A stretch of DNA of 63,509 nt, the filler included, from Octopus bimaculoides (taxonomy: Eukaryota), in NCBI RefSeq assembly GCF_001194135.2. It is 5 parts of 4 records of this genome, joined end to end, with 100 filler letters (N's around TTAATTAATTAA, not from the genome) between each part and the next. Parts side by side here need not be neighbours in the genome. Positions count along the whole stretch, not along the records: positions 61,148 to 63,509 come from NW_026311479.1; 4 more parts are not named here. The stretch is one strand, 5' to 3'. Below the pieces are notes generated by a model, which saw nothing but the letters and a program-made list of their open reading frames with translations, did not search any database and was not told the DNA's origin. Positions 62,964-63,509 of the stretch are shown in pieces. The position numbers and the translations under genes are program-made. Each line of letters begins with the position of its first letter. Position 1 is the stretch's first letter.

Positions 62964-63509
62964 TATAAGCGTATGGTTGTCGCGATTTTCATGGCATGAC
63001 AAATCGATGTCTTCATCAACACGATCATCATCATCATCATCATCATCGCCATCTCCATCACCAACACCACGATAACCACAGCCACTGTCACCACCACCAC
63101 CACCACCACAACAACAACAACCACCTCAGCAACCACCACCATCACCACAACAACCACTACCATCACCACCACCACTACCACCACCACAACCTCAACTAAC
63201 CTTATTAGCTCCAACACCTCCTCAATACCTACAACCTATACCATCACCAGCACCAACCACAACACTACCACAACTACCACCTACTCATTATTACTAGATT
63301 CACCACCACCACCACCACCACCATCACCATTATAACACCGCTTACTGCCAATACTATAATCTACGCCATATTAGCCCTGCCACCGCCAGCACAATATCCT
63401 CTACCATCATCGCTATCAACACCGCCGCCATTTTTCTATTTTAAACTTCCGGTCTTCTGTATGCTCACGGTGGCCATTTTATTCTTTCTGTTTGTATTAT
63501 GACTGTTGT

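Noticed and set aside
670-63217. Most ORF-track entries (poly-H, poly-I, IYIY, CVCV, THTH, X-runs)
   Set aside because: They are translations of microsatellites, low-complexity text or N gaps, with no domain signal.

Overview
AT-rich, microsatellite-dense animal genomic DNA, most likely Octopus or another cephalopod (inferred from the tRNA-derived SINE families and TA/CA/ATT/CAT repeat load; not verified). Four identical artificial 100-bp spacers (N44-TTAATTAATTAA-N44) split the window into five probably unrelated scaffolds: 1-19088, 19189-41166, 41267-53855, 53956-61047 and 61148-63509. The only confident host coding sequence is two consecutive exons of an axonemal outer-arm dynein heavy chain (DNAH5/DNAH8 type, AAA2 P-loop) at 48223-48330 and 50401-50700. 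The rest is transposon-derived: RTE LINEs (one with three C-terminal C2H2 fingers and a nested solo LTR), an R4/Dong-like RLE LINE, Tc1/mariner remnants, several MITEs, several SINE families and at least five Penelope-like element (PLE) pieces. The most interesting signal is two PLE-tail families carrying minimal type-I hammerhead-ribozyme motifs and arranged as fold-back pairs. One of them joins a tRNA-like Pol III head to the hammerhead (11470-12110, 50095-50330). Almost all ORF-track entries are microsatellite or N-run artefacts, and the track misses a stop-free 151-aa GIY-YIG endonuclease. Identities and most element boundaries were estimated by eye; SINE family labels A-D are my own.
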